This document shows, one piece after another, positions 47,460 to 61,125 of a DNA stretch of 64,000 nt; within the stretch, counting starts at the first letter, position 1, and each line of letters begins with the position of its first letter. The position numbers and the translations under genes were made by a program. The notes beneath the pieces were generated by a model, which made no database searches, was not told the DNA's origin, and was given only the letters and a program-made list of their open reading frames with translations. The stretch covers positions 15,376,001 to 15,440,000 of the forward strand of contig NC_082730.1 of the NCBI RefSeq assembly GCF_030144855.1, given 5' to 3'. Origin of the DNA: Hypanus sabinus (taxonomy: Eukaryota).

Positions 47460-49980
47460 AGACTGTAGGATGTAGGAACAGAATTAGGCCATTTGACCCA
47501 CCAAGCCTGTTCCACCATTCAATTATGGCTGATCCTCCTCAGCCCCACATCCCAGCCTTCTCCCTATAACATTTGATACCACGGCCAATGAAGAATCTTT
47601 CAATCGCCACCTTAAATACATCCAATGGCCTGGTCTCCACAGCTGCCTGTGGTAAGAAATTTCACAAATTTACCACCCTCTGGTCAAAGAAATTTCTCCA
47701 CATCTCTGTTTTAAATGGACACCCTGAATCCTGAGGTTGCCCTCTTGTCCTAGACTCCCCCACCACGAGAAACATCCTTTCTACATTTACTCTGCCTTTG
47801 CCTTATAACATTCAAAATTTTTCAATGAGATTCCCCCCACCCTTTGAAATTCCGGTGAATACAAGCCCAGAGCCATCAAATGTTCCTCATAGAATGATTT
47901 CATTCCTAGAATCATTGTTATGAACCACCTCTGAACCGTCCACAATGCCAGCACATCTTTTCTCAGATAAGGAGCCCACAACGCTTCACAATAATCAAAT
48001 TGCAGCCTCATCAGTGCCTTATAAAGCCTTAGCATCACATCCCTGCTCTTATATTTAGAACACTTGGAATAAATGTTAGCATTGCATTTGCCTTCCTCAT
48101 CACTGCCAGGGCATCAAAGGATATGGGGTGAAAGCAGGGGAGTGGAGATGACTGGAAGACTTGGATCAGCCGGTGATTGAATGGCGTAACAGACTCGATG
48201 GGCTGAATGGCCTACTTCTGCTCCTATATCTTATGGTCTTACGGACCTGTAAGTTAACCTTTAGGATGTTCTGCACAAGGACTCCCAAGTCCCTTTGCAT
48301 CTGATTTTTGGATTTTCTCCCTCTTAGAAAACAGACTTTACATTTATTTTACTACCAAAGTGCATGAACATGCATTTTCCAATGTTGTATTTCATTTGCC
48401 ACTTTCTTGCCCATTCTCCTAATATATAATTTCTTCTGCAGTCTATCTGTGTCCTCAGCACTAGCTGCCATAGAACAGACAGACAGACAGACATACTTTA
48501 TTGATCCCGAGGGAAATTGGGTTTAGTTACAGTCGCACCAACCAAGAATAGTGTAGAAATATAGCAATATAAAACCATAAGTAATTAAATAATAATAAGT
48601 AAATTATGCCAAGTGGAAATAAGTCCAGGACCAGCCTATTGGCTCAGGGTGTCTGACACTCTGAGGGAGGAGTTGTAAACTTTGATGGCCACAGGCAAGA
48701 ATGACTTCCTATGTCGCTCAGCGTTACATCTCGGTGGAATGAGTCTCTGGCTGAATGTACTCCTGTGCCTAACCAGTACATTTTTGAGTGGATGGGAGAC
48801 ATTGTCCAAGATGGCATGCATGGACAGCATCCTCTTTTCAGACACCACCGTCAGAGAGTCATAGAACACTACAGCACAGTACAGGCCCTTCAACCCTCCA
48901 TGTTGTGACAACCCATATAATCCTTTAAAAAAAGTACTAAACCCACACTACCCCATAATCCTCCATTTTTCTTTCATCCATGTGCCTGTCCAAGAAGCTT
49001 TTAAATACCCCTAAAATTTTAGCCTCCACCACCATCCCTGGCAAGTAATTCCAGGCACTCACAACCCTCTGTGTAAAAAAAACTTACCCCTGATGTCTCC
49101 CCTAAACTTCCCTCCGTTAATTTTGTACATATGCCCTCTGGTGTTTACTATTGGTGCCCTGGGAAACAGATACTGACTATCCACCCTATCTATGCCTCTC
49201 ATAATCATGTAGACCTCTATAAAGTCCACTCTCATTCTTCTACGCTTCAAAGAGAAAAGTACCAGCTTCATATGACTTGTTCTCCAAACCAGGCAACGTC
49301 CCAGTAAATCTCCCCTGCACCCTCTCCATAGCTTTCACGTCCTTCCTATAAGCCTCCCACCAATTTTCATATTAGCTTCAAACTTGGCAACAAAGCCATC
49401 TATTCCATCATCTAATTCATTGATATACAACATAAAAAGAAGCGGTCCAAATACCAACCCCTGTGGAACACCACTAGTCACTGGCAGCCAATGAGTAAAG
49501 GACCCTTTTATTCACACCAGGTGCCTCCTACCAATCAGGCAATGCTATAACCATGCTGTTGTACCATGGGCTTTTAACTTGGTAAGCAGACTCATGTGTG
49601 GCACCCTGGCAAAGGCCTTCTGAATATCCAAATATACAACATCCACTGCATGCCCTTTATCTATCCTACTGTAATCTCCTCAAAGAATTCCAACAGGTAC
49701 ACCAGTCAACATTTTCCCTTCAAGAAACCATGCTGACTTTATCCTATCTTGTTCTGTGAAACCAAGTACTCCATAATCTCATCCTCAATATCTTTCCAAC
49801 CACTGAGGTCAGGCTGAATAGTCAATTATTCCCTTTCTGCTGCCTCCCTCCTTTCTTAAAGAGTGGAGTGACATTTGCAATTTTTCCAGTCCCCTGGCAT
49901 GATGCCAGAGTCCAATGATTCTTGAATGATCATTACTAAGGCCTCCATAATCTGTACCGCTACAACTTTCAGAACCCTTG
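47460..49980 (-). mobile_element. Nested CR1 and Rex/Babar-type fragments
   Basis: Several reversed CR1 3' ends and ORF2 pieces (e.g. 47787-48038, 49059-49271) and a reversed LINE tail at 48470-48860. Confidence 0.85.
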
Positions 49981-51599
49981 ATTAGAGGGTCATTGATCAT
50001 TTCTGGAACAGTGCATGAATATATGTAGACCTAATGATGCCAGAATCTGGAGTTCAGAAAAAGTCCCTGGAGGATCTCAGCAGACCTAGCAGCAGCTATC
50101 GTGTGGAAGGGAATTGTTGATGGTTTGGATCAAGACCCTGCATGCATTGAACCTGAGTGGAGTGGAATAGGAGAGAGGCCATTGTGAAATAGGATCATTT
50201 ATCTGGATTGCATCCCAGGGTTCTGAACGAAGTAGCTGGACAGATTGTGGAAGCATTAGAAATGACTTTTCAAATATGGTTCCTGACGACTGGAAAATTA
50301 CAAATGTCATTCATCTGTTTATAAAGGGAGGGTCAATCAGCCTAATCTCAGTGGTTGGTAAGATGTTAGAATCTGTTATTAAGGATGGGATTTCAGAGTA
50401 CTTGGAAGCATATGATAAAATAGGCCTAAGTCAACCTGGTTTCCTTCAGGAGAAATCTACCCTCCCAAATCCATTGAAATTATTTGAACAAATAACAGGC
50501 AGGACAGACAAAGGAGACTTTGTTGATCAGTGCATTTTGTTTGCTCTGTCAAGTGCCAAAATGATCCATATACTTCCTGCTATATTAGAGTTTCTCTCTG
50601 TTTTCAAACTCTCATCATTCAGAACCTAGCTTGCTAAAAATTCTCAAGGCAGCAGGAAATACTGTAAGAGGAGGCTGTCCAATGAGATTTGAGCTTGACA
50701 TTTCAGGCCATGGTAGATTGGAGGGAGACCTGCAAAGGACAGTCTTCACTCGTGAGGTACTATCAGATATCAGCTTCACTGGTGAGTCATTAGATGGATG
50801 GTTGATGGTACTGTGAGGGTCAGGAATCCACACACCCAATTCTGAACAAAATGAAGGCTGGTGTTGCTTCAAGGATGAATGTAGCCATTACAGCTGGGAG
50901 TTCCCTTAATGAACCATCAGTGAGTGACCTTAGTGTGCATTTGAGTAGTTGGAAGGCATCTGATTTGAAAGCACCATGTCCATTACTGCAGGACTTCAAA
51001 GTTCAAAGTAAATTTATTATCAAAATATGCATGTCATCATATATTGCCTTAAGTTTCATTTTCATGTGGACATTCACAGTAGAACAAAGAAATATAATAG
51101 TATCAATGCAAAAATTACACACAAACAAAAGGCTGGTGGGGTGGCCTTTCCCTGTCATGGACTGGGTTGACTCCACCATTCATGGAACATAGAAGATAGA
51201 ACATTACATCAGAGCCCAGGGCCTTGTACTCTCCTCGAAGATCAGTCTAATCCTTCCCTTCTATAACTCTCCAATTATCCATTTCCCAATCTAAGAATTT
51301 TTTAAATGTATCTGCCTCTGTAATCACTCCTGTCAAGACTTTTCATGCACCCACCACTCTGTGTAAAGAGCATACCTCCAACAGCCCTCAATATGTTCCT
51401 CCAATCACCTTGAAATATTCTACCACATATCAGCCATTTCTGCCCTGGGAAAGGCTCCGGATATCTGCTCGATATGTGCCTCTGATCATCTTGTAAGTCT
51501 CTATCACGTTGTCTCTCACCCTCATTTGCTCCATTTTTAAATTGTCTTCAGATCCTCAAGAATTACACTTTTACTTTCAACTTCCTTTTGCTTCAAAAG

Positions 51600-51770
51600 A
51601 GATGGAGTTGTGTAGATGGAGAGAGGGGGTAAGAGGAGTTGTAGGAAGAGCGGTCACAATCGATTGCCCCTATGCAACAGTAAATCAGTATTACACAAGG
51701 TATTGGTGGAATATTGGTCGCCAGTATTCAGTTTTAGTAGAAACAAATGGGCTACACAGACAAGATGGAA
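51600..51770 (+). pseudogene. Truncated CD300/pIgR-type V exon
   Basis: VRGVVGRAVTIDCPYATVNQYYTRYWWNIGRQYSVLVETNG aligns to V1/V2 strands A-C''; both extra Cys are lost, strands D-G and the donor are absent, and the acceptor is degraded. Confidence 0.85.
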
Positions 51771-54700
51771 ATATTGCATATATATTCTGTTTTATTAAAG
51801 AAATCGGCCTTTTATTTTTTACATGTACATGAAAACATTGAAACATACAGCAAAGTGTATCTTGTGTCAAATCAAATTGGTGAAGACTGTGCTGGAATTG
51901 GACTGGGTTAAATAATTGGGTTACTAGGTGTCATGGCTTGTTGGGCCTAAAGGGCCTGTTCTGTGCTGTATCTCCAAATAAATAAATACTGAGAACATGA
52001 GTTGTAGAGTCCTTGAAAGAGAGCCCATAGTTTGTGTGTCGTGATCAGTTCAGTGTTGAGTTGAATGAAATTATCCATGCTGTTCAGGTGCCTGATCTTG
52101 AAACTACAGTCAGTCGGTTACCAGAACTTGATACATTAAAATGTGAATCCTCTAAGTCATATGTATCAAAGAAAATGACATCATCTTGATCAATGGTTGG
52201 TGGAATATATACAACTAAAATAAGCTCAAAATTGGTGTTATTTTTATTCCATGTTGTGTAAGAGTAACCTGCCACAGTTTTCCATGTTAATGGGCCTTTG
52301 GTCATTTTCTTCCCTCCCTCATCCATGGTGTGAATAAATTTATGCTCTACCACATCATTATCTGATTATAAAGAATGTTCTAAAACTTTGCACTTTGCTA
52401 TCATGCAGTGTTGATTCTCACATTTGCAAACAGCTCCCTTCATGTAGCAGCATTGAGGCCAGTTGTACATCCACGGGTTCCAGTTACATGTCAACTCTGA
52501 GAAAAGCAGCAACTTCTATTTGCAGATTCACACCCCACTGACCATTGCAAGCTGCATCAAGCTGCAATCACTCATTTTGTTCAACACACAACTTTTAATA
52601 CCATTCTCCATTCATTTTTGAGGCATTTGAATATTGACTGAAAATGTACCCAATTTCAATAATTTTTAATGTTATGTGGATCAAACTGTTGCATCATTCT
52701 CAGAAAAGAAACTTAAATTTATTATTAAAGTACATACTGCATTTGTCACCATTATACTATCCTGACATTCATTTACTTCAGGCAATCGGTGTAAATACAA
52801 AGAAACACAATAGAATTTAATGAAAAACTACCCATGAAGAAAGACAGACAATCAATGTGTAAAAGACAAAAAAAATGTGAAATACCAAAAGAAAAATTTA
52901 ATAATAATAATAACTACAACAAAATAATATTTGAGAACATGAGTTGTAGAGACCTTGAAAGTGAGTGCAGAGGTTGTGGAATCAGTTCAGTGATAAGTGA
53001 AATTATGCACTCTGGTTCAGAAGTCCATGGTTAAGGGGTAATATCTGTTACTGAACTTGATGATGTGGGAATTGAGGCTTCTGAACCTGCTTCCAGACAG
53101 CAATTGGAAGAAGAGGGCATAGCCTAATTGATGACGGATGCTACTTTTAGTCCACCAATGTGCTCCACAGTGAGGAGGAGTTTATTTGGGATGGACTGGG
53201 CTGTATCCACTACCTTTTGCACTTTGTTTCCATTCAAGAGTATTAGCATTTCATGCCATGCCATGATGCACCAGTCAGAGTGGATATCTTGATCTTTTCA
53301 AACTTCTATGTAAATAATGTGCTGCCATGCTTTCTTTGTGATGGTAGATATGTGCTGGATCCAGGACAGGTCCTCCAAAATGATAATGGCATGGAATTTA
53401 AAGTTACTGACTCTTTCCACCTCTGATCCCCTGATGAGGACTGGCTCATGGACCTCTGGATACCTCCTCCTGTAATCGATAATCAGCTCTTTGATTTTGC
53501 TGAAGTTGTGTGCGAGATAGTTGTTATGACACTATTTAGCCAGATTTTCAATCTCACTCCTATATGCTAATTGAGCACACATGCGTTCTGAAAGAACTCA
53601 GCAGATCCGGCAGTATCAACAGAAGGGAATAAGCTGTTGATGTTTTGGGCGAGACCCTTCATTGAAGCCGGTTTCAGGTCAGGGACCCCTCCTCAGTTCT
53701 GGATTAAAAGTGGAAGACTGTCAATGTAAAATGTCAATCTGGTTAGAGGAATAATGTGTAAGATAAAAGATGATACAGCTCAGTCTCAGGTTATGACCTG
53801 CTGATCTTTGGACATGAATATGCTTCTGCCATGTTACCTAATTCCAAAGTCTGATGTATGTACATATACTTACACATGACATGGAGATTGTTGGTGTTTT
53901 GGATTGTACGGGAAGTTTGAAGTTAAAAGAGGATATCGACAGGATGCAATGCTGGGTGGAGAAGTGGTAGATGGAATTTAACATTGAAATTTCTTTTGCC
54001 GGGCTGCCTAGGCGTGACCCGACTAGCAGCAGTACTCTCAATGGTTCTGATTCAATATTCCTGTTTCAGCCTGATACAGTTAAAAAGCACAACTGCTTCC
54101 AAGGTCAGTACAGTCAACAAAAATGTCTTTATGTGTTTAAACTAACTATCGCTGCTGAAAACTGACAGAAACAACACCAATTGTGGTGTTTGACCTTCCA
54201 GATCCTGGTATATTTTTTATTACATTCAATTGGAACACCTTGACTGCACACAGGTCTCTAAAAACAGATCAATATTCAACTAATTATGTGACCTCTAAAG
54301 CCAATTGGGTGCACAATTGATGATTTTGCACGTCATATTAAAGGAAATGAATACTTATGCAAACTGAGGAATGTAATTGCTGCCTAACGTATGTTCTATG
54401 TTCTCACAAATAACAGAACTAGTTTTCTTTCTCTCCTCTTTTCAGAATTACTCTTTCTTCTCAGTTTTATATGCAATTGATCATTTCATTACAATACCAT
54501 GAAGGTATGGATAACATCTTGAGTGATATTTCTGTGTTTACTGATTTATCAGCAATATTGACTGTAAAAACGGACCCTTTCATTACTCAGAGTCAGTCTG
54601 TATGGAGATTGGTTAAGACTGATCAGTGATAGGTAAATCCCTCCCCTCCAGTGAGCACATCTGCGAAGGAATGTTGCCATAAGAAAGAAGGGTCCATCAT

Positions 54701-55239
54701 CAAGGACCCCCATCATCCAGACATCCTCACTTCCAGCTACTGCCATCAGGAAGCTGGTCCAGGAGCCTTTGGTCCCAAACCTTCAAGATCAGGAACAGTT
54801 CAGCCATCAGGCTCTGGAAGCAATGTGGATAACTTAACTCACCTTAACACTGAACTGCTCACTGAACACAACCTATGAACTTAATTTAAAGTTCTCCACA
54901 ACTCATGTCTCAGTCTTATTTATTTACTTACACCTTTAATTGCTTTTTGTATTTGCACCATTTGCCTTCCTTTGCAGATTGGCAGTTTGTCAGTCCTTGC
55001 GTGTAATTTTTCATTGATTCTATTGTATTTCTTTGAGCTACTGTGAATGCCTGTAAGCAAATGAACCTCAGGTGAGTATATGGTGACATACACATACTTT
55101 GATAATAAATTTACCATGAAGTTTTTCAATGTTGATAAGGTGAATGATTCCTGACATCGCAAAACACATTTTGTAGAAATGCAGTGAGAAAGAAACACAA
55201 CATGAAAATTTCCAGTCACTGTACAAAGGTCTTAAAGCA

Positions 55240-55620
55240 GACAAGCAATGGAAAGAAAAGTTGGGTGCTGAATGAAATGAGTGAGCTGCAAACGTTTGCA
55301 GCTTGCATCGGTCATCAGGGCGAGAATCTGCAAATAGAAGGTGTAACTTTTCTCAGTACTGATCTGTGACTGTGACTCATGTATGGACAATAAAGGGTCT
55401 TGAAAAGGAGAGAAGGTAAACTATTTTTGCATTGATAATCAGGGTAGTATAGAGTGACATATATGCACTTTGATAAGAAATTTAATTTGGATTTTGAACC
55501 TTGAAATGCCCGACAGACATTGTGGAATATCACGTAATAAACTTCACCTGCTATGTGAGGATGTGAAGCAGTAACACCAGAGACTGCTTGCAGCTCTTGA
55601 CCTCTTCAAGTCAGGTTTAT
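55240..55620 (-). repeat. Unclassified repeat/duplicon, copies at about 63520-63860 (-) and 52455-52615 (+)
   Basis: Shared cagcttg.atcggtca, ctgatctgtgactgt.ac.catg, cttcacctg.tatgtgagga.gtga; the inverted copy shares cttctatttgcagattc and gcaagctgca. Confidence 0.75.
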
Positions 55621-56229
55621 CTGTTGGGTGTTGAATAGCTGCAGATAATTCCAGATGCAGTGATCCCTTCTGTGAATCTGGACCTGTTAAACCTGAGCTC
55701 ATTTATGGTCAGAGGGAAGGAACATGCTTTGTGTTTTTTCTGCTGCAAAACAAAATATTTCGCATCAGATTACAGTGAAAATAAACCTGATTCTGATTCT
55801 GAAAGAGAACTTAACTTGTTCCAAGACATCCCAAAGCAATTCTCAAAGGATAAGGTAGAACTTCTGTGCTCTTTACTTGTCTTTCAAAACAGGATTCCGG
55901 GAAGTACCAATGGATGCCTCATGTAAATTGACTGTTCCATCCTCTCCTGCATTGCCTATCACTTCAGACCATAAGGGAATGAGACACTGGGGCATAACAA
56001 GGCTATTCAGCCCATTGAGTCTGTTGCACCATTTTTTGTAATGGCTCATTTATCATCCCCGTCAACAACATTCTCTCCATAATTTTTGACACCCTTATTA
56101 ATCAAAAACCTATCTCCCTCTGCGTTAAATATAGCCAATGGTCTCCACCACCATCTGTAACTATTAATTCCATAGAATCATTGCTCTCTGGTCAGGGACT
56201 CTCCCACCAGAGGAAACAACCTTTTCATG

Positions 56230-57715
56230 TACACTCCATCCAGCTTCAAGGACCTTCACTATTCAAGAGGTTTCAACGAGAATCCCCACCCATCATTCTT
56301 CTAAACTCCAGTGAGTACAGGTCCAGAGCCACTCAGCACTCCTCATACATTAACATTTTCATTGCTGGATCATTCTCGTGCACCTTCTCTGGACCACCTC
56401 AAGTTACAGCATATCTTTTTGAAGATAGGGCGCCCAAAGCTGTTCATCAATTTCCATGTGCAGTGTGACCAATACCTTACAAAGCTGCTGTTTTTGTATG
56501 ACTTCTCAGCCACGGAATGGAAAACGTTTTAGAATCCCACCGTTCTATTTACAAGTGTGCGTGTTTGGGATTAGGTTTAAACGCGATGGCTAAATGGCCT
56601 TCTCACTTTTCTTCACCAAGTTTTTATTGTTGTTCAGGGAAACAGAAATGCTTTGCTTAAGATGTTTTGCATCTCTGCGCTCACTCTCATCAGCATATTG
56701 GCCCATGGCTGTTGAGCTGTCTTCCTAGAAGTGATGGGGCTATTCAGGAAGAGACTAGAACAAGCTGTGAATATTTAGCAAAACATTGACACTTCTCTAA
56801 ATTCTGTTTGGTAAGGCAAGTAAAGAAAAGAGAAGTTCTAACCACATCTTTCACTGAGGGTGAACAGCAGTGACTGATGAAACAGAGTCAGACTCATACT
56901 ACACGATGTACAGAATTTAAGCAGATAAATATACTGCACTGTTTCCCCTAAAACAAATGTAACAAACCCAAAGTAATAAAAGCTGTCCATGTATTCTGAA
57001 TTATGTTATCATTTATCTATTTATATACGATGTGAAATTAAATGTTTATAAACAATTGCAAAGTCAGTAACAAAAATTAGCCACATTCTTGGATCACCTC
57101 AACCCTCACACTACAATGAAATGAAAAGCAACACACACAAAATACTGGAGGTACTCAGTAGGTCAGGCAGCATCTATGGAAATGAATAGACAGTAAAGTT
57201 TTGGGCCAAGGGCTTTCTTTTAACTCTTCTGACCCATCTGGCTCTGCATATAACTCCAATGGTAATCACTGAATTTTCCCAATGATGACTGCTATAGCTA
57301 ACTTCACAGCATACAGTGTGCTGGTGACGTTAAACCTGATTTTGTTTCTGATTCTGTATTACTTCTCCAATACGTGTGACACATGAGAATTGTTATCTCT
57401 TGTACTGAAGCTCTCCTCAGACTTCATCTGCCCAGGGAATCACACAGCATGAATCTGGATAGATCACACTTTGACTAACATTGAAAGATCTAATCAGGGG
57501 ACCAGGGATATTGGGAAGTTAGCAACTGAGAATCTGAGCAATGGTATGCAGGATCAAATGTCATTGCAGCCACGTGAGTAAGATAGGTAAGATATGAATA
57601 TCTTCTTCTTGAACAAGTGTGATCTGACTATTCACTGTGCCTTTTGATTCTATGAGAAATAGAAACTACTGGGGTTGTCTGCATGCACAGACCATTTCAT
57701 GTCAAAATGGGGTTG
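56230..57715 (+). repeat. Segmental duplication block X' (paralog of 6600-8535)
   Basis: See block X; same order of unique segments and old insertions. Confidence 0.85.
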
Positions 57716-58489
57716 TTTCTTTCATAAGACAAAAGGAAGGTCATATAATATAGCAAATATTAGTGGTAATAACAGAAATTTGGCAATGTCAGGTGACAGA
57801 AGTAAGCATGGATGCTATCATTAAGGGGAAGGTGCTTGAGAATTTGAGAGGTTTGAAGAATGTAGATAAGTCACTAGGACCAGACAGACTGCACACCAAG
57901 TTCTGAAAGGGGAGCTAGAAAAATTGTGGAGGCATTAGTGGTGATCTTTCAAGAATAACTAGACTGGAATGTTCCAGAGGACTGGAAAACTGTAAATGTC
58001 AATCCTCCCGTTAAGAAAGGAGGGAGGCAATAAAAGGAAATTGTAGGCCCATTAGTATGAGTTCAGTGGTTGGAAATATGTTGGAGTCCATTATTAAGAA
58101 CAGGATTCCTTCAGAATCTTCTCTGCATCTTTTCCAGCTTATTTACACCCTACGCATGCCAGGTCACCAAAACTACACACAGTATTCCAAGTGTCTTATG
58201 ACAATCCAGCACCTGCTCCCATGGCTTCACTTGAATATCATCTGCTCCACCTTGCCCAAGGTTGACCTGCGGGCTAGCAGAGGGAAGGAGCACTTTACAC
58301 CTCCTGTGGGAGAGATGTATCTCCAACTCACCACCCTATATTAATCATCCTAACTTGTCTGCATATGTCATGTCCCTTCTCCCTTTCACCATCAGTTATG
58401 CTTCATTTATTATCTTTCATGTCTAACCACATGGACTCTATCACTGCCTTCCTTATAGCAGTGTCCACTTCCTTCAGTTGTATCTCTTT

Positions 58490-61125
58490 ATCATTTAAAC
58501 TCCCAATACCAACTACCTTGCTGGCAAACGTGCAGTCTCTAGTGTATAAAATCGATCATCTCTGAGCTAGGGTGCTGAATCAGAGGGACATTAGAACTGC
58601 ATGTGTCCTTTGTTTCATGGAATCCTGGTTAACCCCTTTCGTATTGGATGCAGTGATTCGGATTGACAGGTTTACTACACACCGTCAGGATAGATCTATA
58701 GAGTCTCTCAAAAGCAGAGGTGATGGAGTATGCCTCAAGATCAGCTCCTCCTGGTGCACAAATATATCAGTGCTGTCCCAATTTTGCTCAGCAGACCTGG
58801 AATATCTCACAGTTAAGTGCCGACCACTTTACCTACCACGGGAGATTTCCAGGATCATTTTGGTAGCAGAATAGATTCTATATCAGACCACTGTCAATCA
58901 GGCTTTAGATGATCTAAGCAATGGGATCAATATGCATGAAACAATGCACCCTAACATCTTCACCATCGCTTTGGGGAATTCTAACCAGCCCTGTCTGTAG
59001 AAAGCACTAAGCAATTACCACCAACAGATCACTTGCAATACCAAAGGAAACAACACACTGTTACACCACCACCAAGAATGCCTAACCATGCTATTCCATG
59101 CTCACTTTGGGAAGTCTGATCAGCTGGCTGTACTTCTACTCCCAGAGTATAGGCAGAGAATGAAGACGGCAGCACCAGTGAGGACCAAGAAGGTATGGAC
59201 AAGGGAAGCACAGGAGCACTTACAGGACTGCGTTGAATCAGTGGACTGGACTGTGTTCAGGGATTCATTTTCGAACCTGGATAAGTATGCTGCAGTTTTT
59301 TCTGACATTATTAAAACCTGTGTGGATGAGTGTGAGCCTACAAAGGCTTACTGTACATTCCCAAACCAAAAGCTGTGGATGAATCAGGAGGTTCGTCATC
59401 TGCTGAAGGCTAGATCTGTGGCATTTAAGTCTGGTGCTCCAGGTCTCTACAAGAAAACCAGGTATGATTTGCTTTGGGCTATAACTACAGATGTGAAGAT
59501 CCCTGCTGCACCTGATGACCTTGTGATCTCCGTTTCAGAGGCCGATGTTAGACTGTTTTTAAAGAGCATGAACCCTTGCAAGGCAGAAGTTCTGGATGGA
59601 GTACCTGGTAAGGCGCTGAAAATCTGTGCCAAACAAGTGGCAGGAGTATTCAAGGACATTTTCAACCTCTCAGTGCTATGGGCAGAAGTTCCCACATGCT
59701 ACAAAAAGGCAATTATTATACCAGTGCCTAAGAAGAATAATGTGAGCTGCCTTAAAGACTATCACTCGGAAGCACTCACATCTACGGCGATGAAATGCAT
59801 TGAGAGGTTCGTCATCACTAGACTGAACTCCTGCCTCACCAAGGAACTTGACACATTGCAATTTGCCTATGGCCGCAATAGGTCGATGCCAGACACCATC
59901 ACAATGGCTCTTCACACAGCTTTAGACCACCTGGACAACACAGATACCAATGCCAGGATTCTGTTCATCAAATATAGCTCAGCATTTAATACTATCATTG
60001 CCACATTCCTGATTGAGAAGTTACAGAACCTGGGCTTCTGTACTTCTCTCTGTAATTGGATCCTTGGCTTCCTAACCGGAAGACCATAATCTGTGTGGCT
60101 TGCTGATAACATCTCCTCCTGCTGACGATCAACATTGGTGCACCTCAGTGGTGTGTGCATAGCCCACTACTCTACTCTCACTATACCCACGAATGTGTGG
60201 CTAGGCATAGCCCAAATGCCATCTATAATTTTGCTGATGATAGAACCATAGTTGATAGAATCTCAAATGGTGATGAGAGGGCGTACAGGAGTGAGATATG
60301 CCAACTGGTGGAGTGGTGTCACAGCAACAACCTGGCATTCAACATCAGTAAGACGAAAGAGCTGATTGCAGACTTCAGGAAAGGTAAGATGAAGGAATAC
60401 ACACCAATCCTCATAGAGGGCTTGAAGTGGAGAGGGTGAGCAGTTTCAAGTTCCTAGGTGTAAAGATATCTGAGGACCTAACCTGGTCCCAACATATTGA
60501 TGCAGTTATAAAGAAGGCAAGACAGTGACTATACTTCATTAGGAGTTTGAAGAGATTTGGCATGTCAAAAAATACTCTCAAACACATCTATAGATGTACC
60601 ACGGACAGCATTCTGACAAGCTGTATCATTGTCTGGCGTGGGAGAGCTACTGCACAGGACTGGAAGAAACTGGACAGGGTCATAAATTTAGTCGGCTCCA
60701 TCCTGGGTACTAGCCTACAAAGTACCCAGGACATCTTCAAGGAGTGGTGTCTCAGAAAGGCAGTGTCCATAATTAAGGACCTCCAGCACCCAGGGTATGC
60801 CCTTTTCTCACTGTTACCATTAGGTGGGAGGAACAGAAGTCAGAAGGCAAAAACTCAGCCGTTCAGAAACAGCTTCTTTCCCTCTTCTATCAATTCCTAA
60901 ATGGACATTGAACCTGTGAACATTATCTCACTTTTTAAATATATATTATTTCTGGTTTTGCATAATTTAAAATCTATTCAAAAGAGCATACTGCAACTGA
61001 TTTATTTATTTATTTATTTATTATTTTATTTTCTTCTATATTACGTATTGCATTGAAATGCTGCTACTAAGTTAACAAATTTCACGACACATGCCGGTGA
61101 TAATAAACCTGATTCTGATTCTGAC
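58490..61125 (+). mobile_element. Rex1/Babar-type LINE with APE endonuclease and RT, degenerate
   Basis: LANVQSL, CVLCFMESWL (APE); 333-aa ORF 59088-60089 with MKCIERFV, QFAYGRNRS, KYSSAFNT; NFADD; tail aataaacctgattctgattctga. Confidence 0.92.

Larger units (their letters stand above)
46130..51770 (+). pseudogene. Decayed paralog of the receptor: 5' flank, leader replaced by a retroelement nest, intron 1, half V exon
   Basis: 46140-46350 matches 4090-4320; homology breaks at about 47460 and resumes at about 49985 (matching 4775-5390); V remnant at 51629-51769. Confidence 0.75.

Noticed and set aside
52084-52353. 89-aa minus ORF as a host gene exon
   Set aside because: No clear splice sites or family match; LVVYIPP...FF...HFN could equally be an ancient LINE endonuclease relic.
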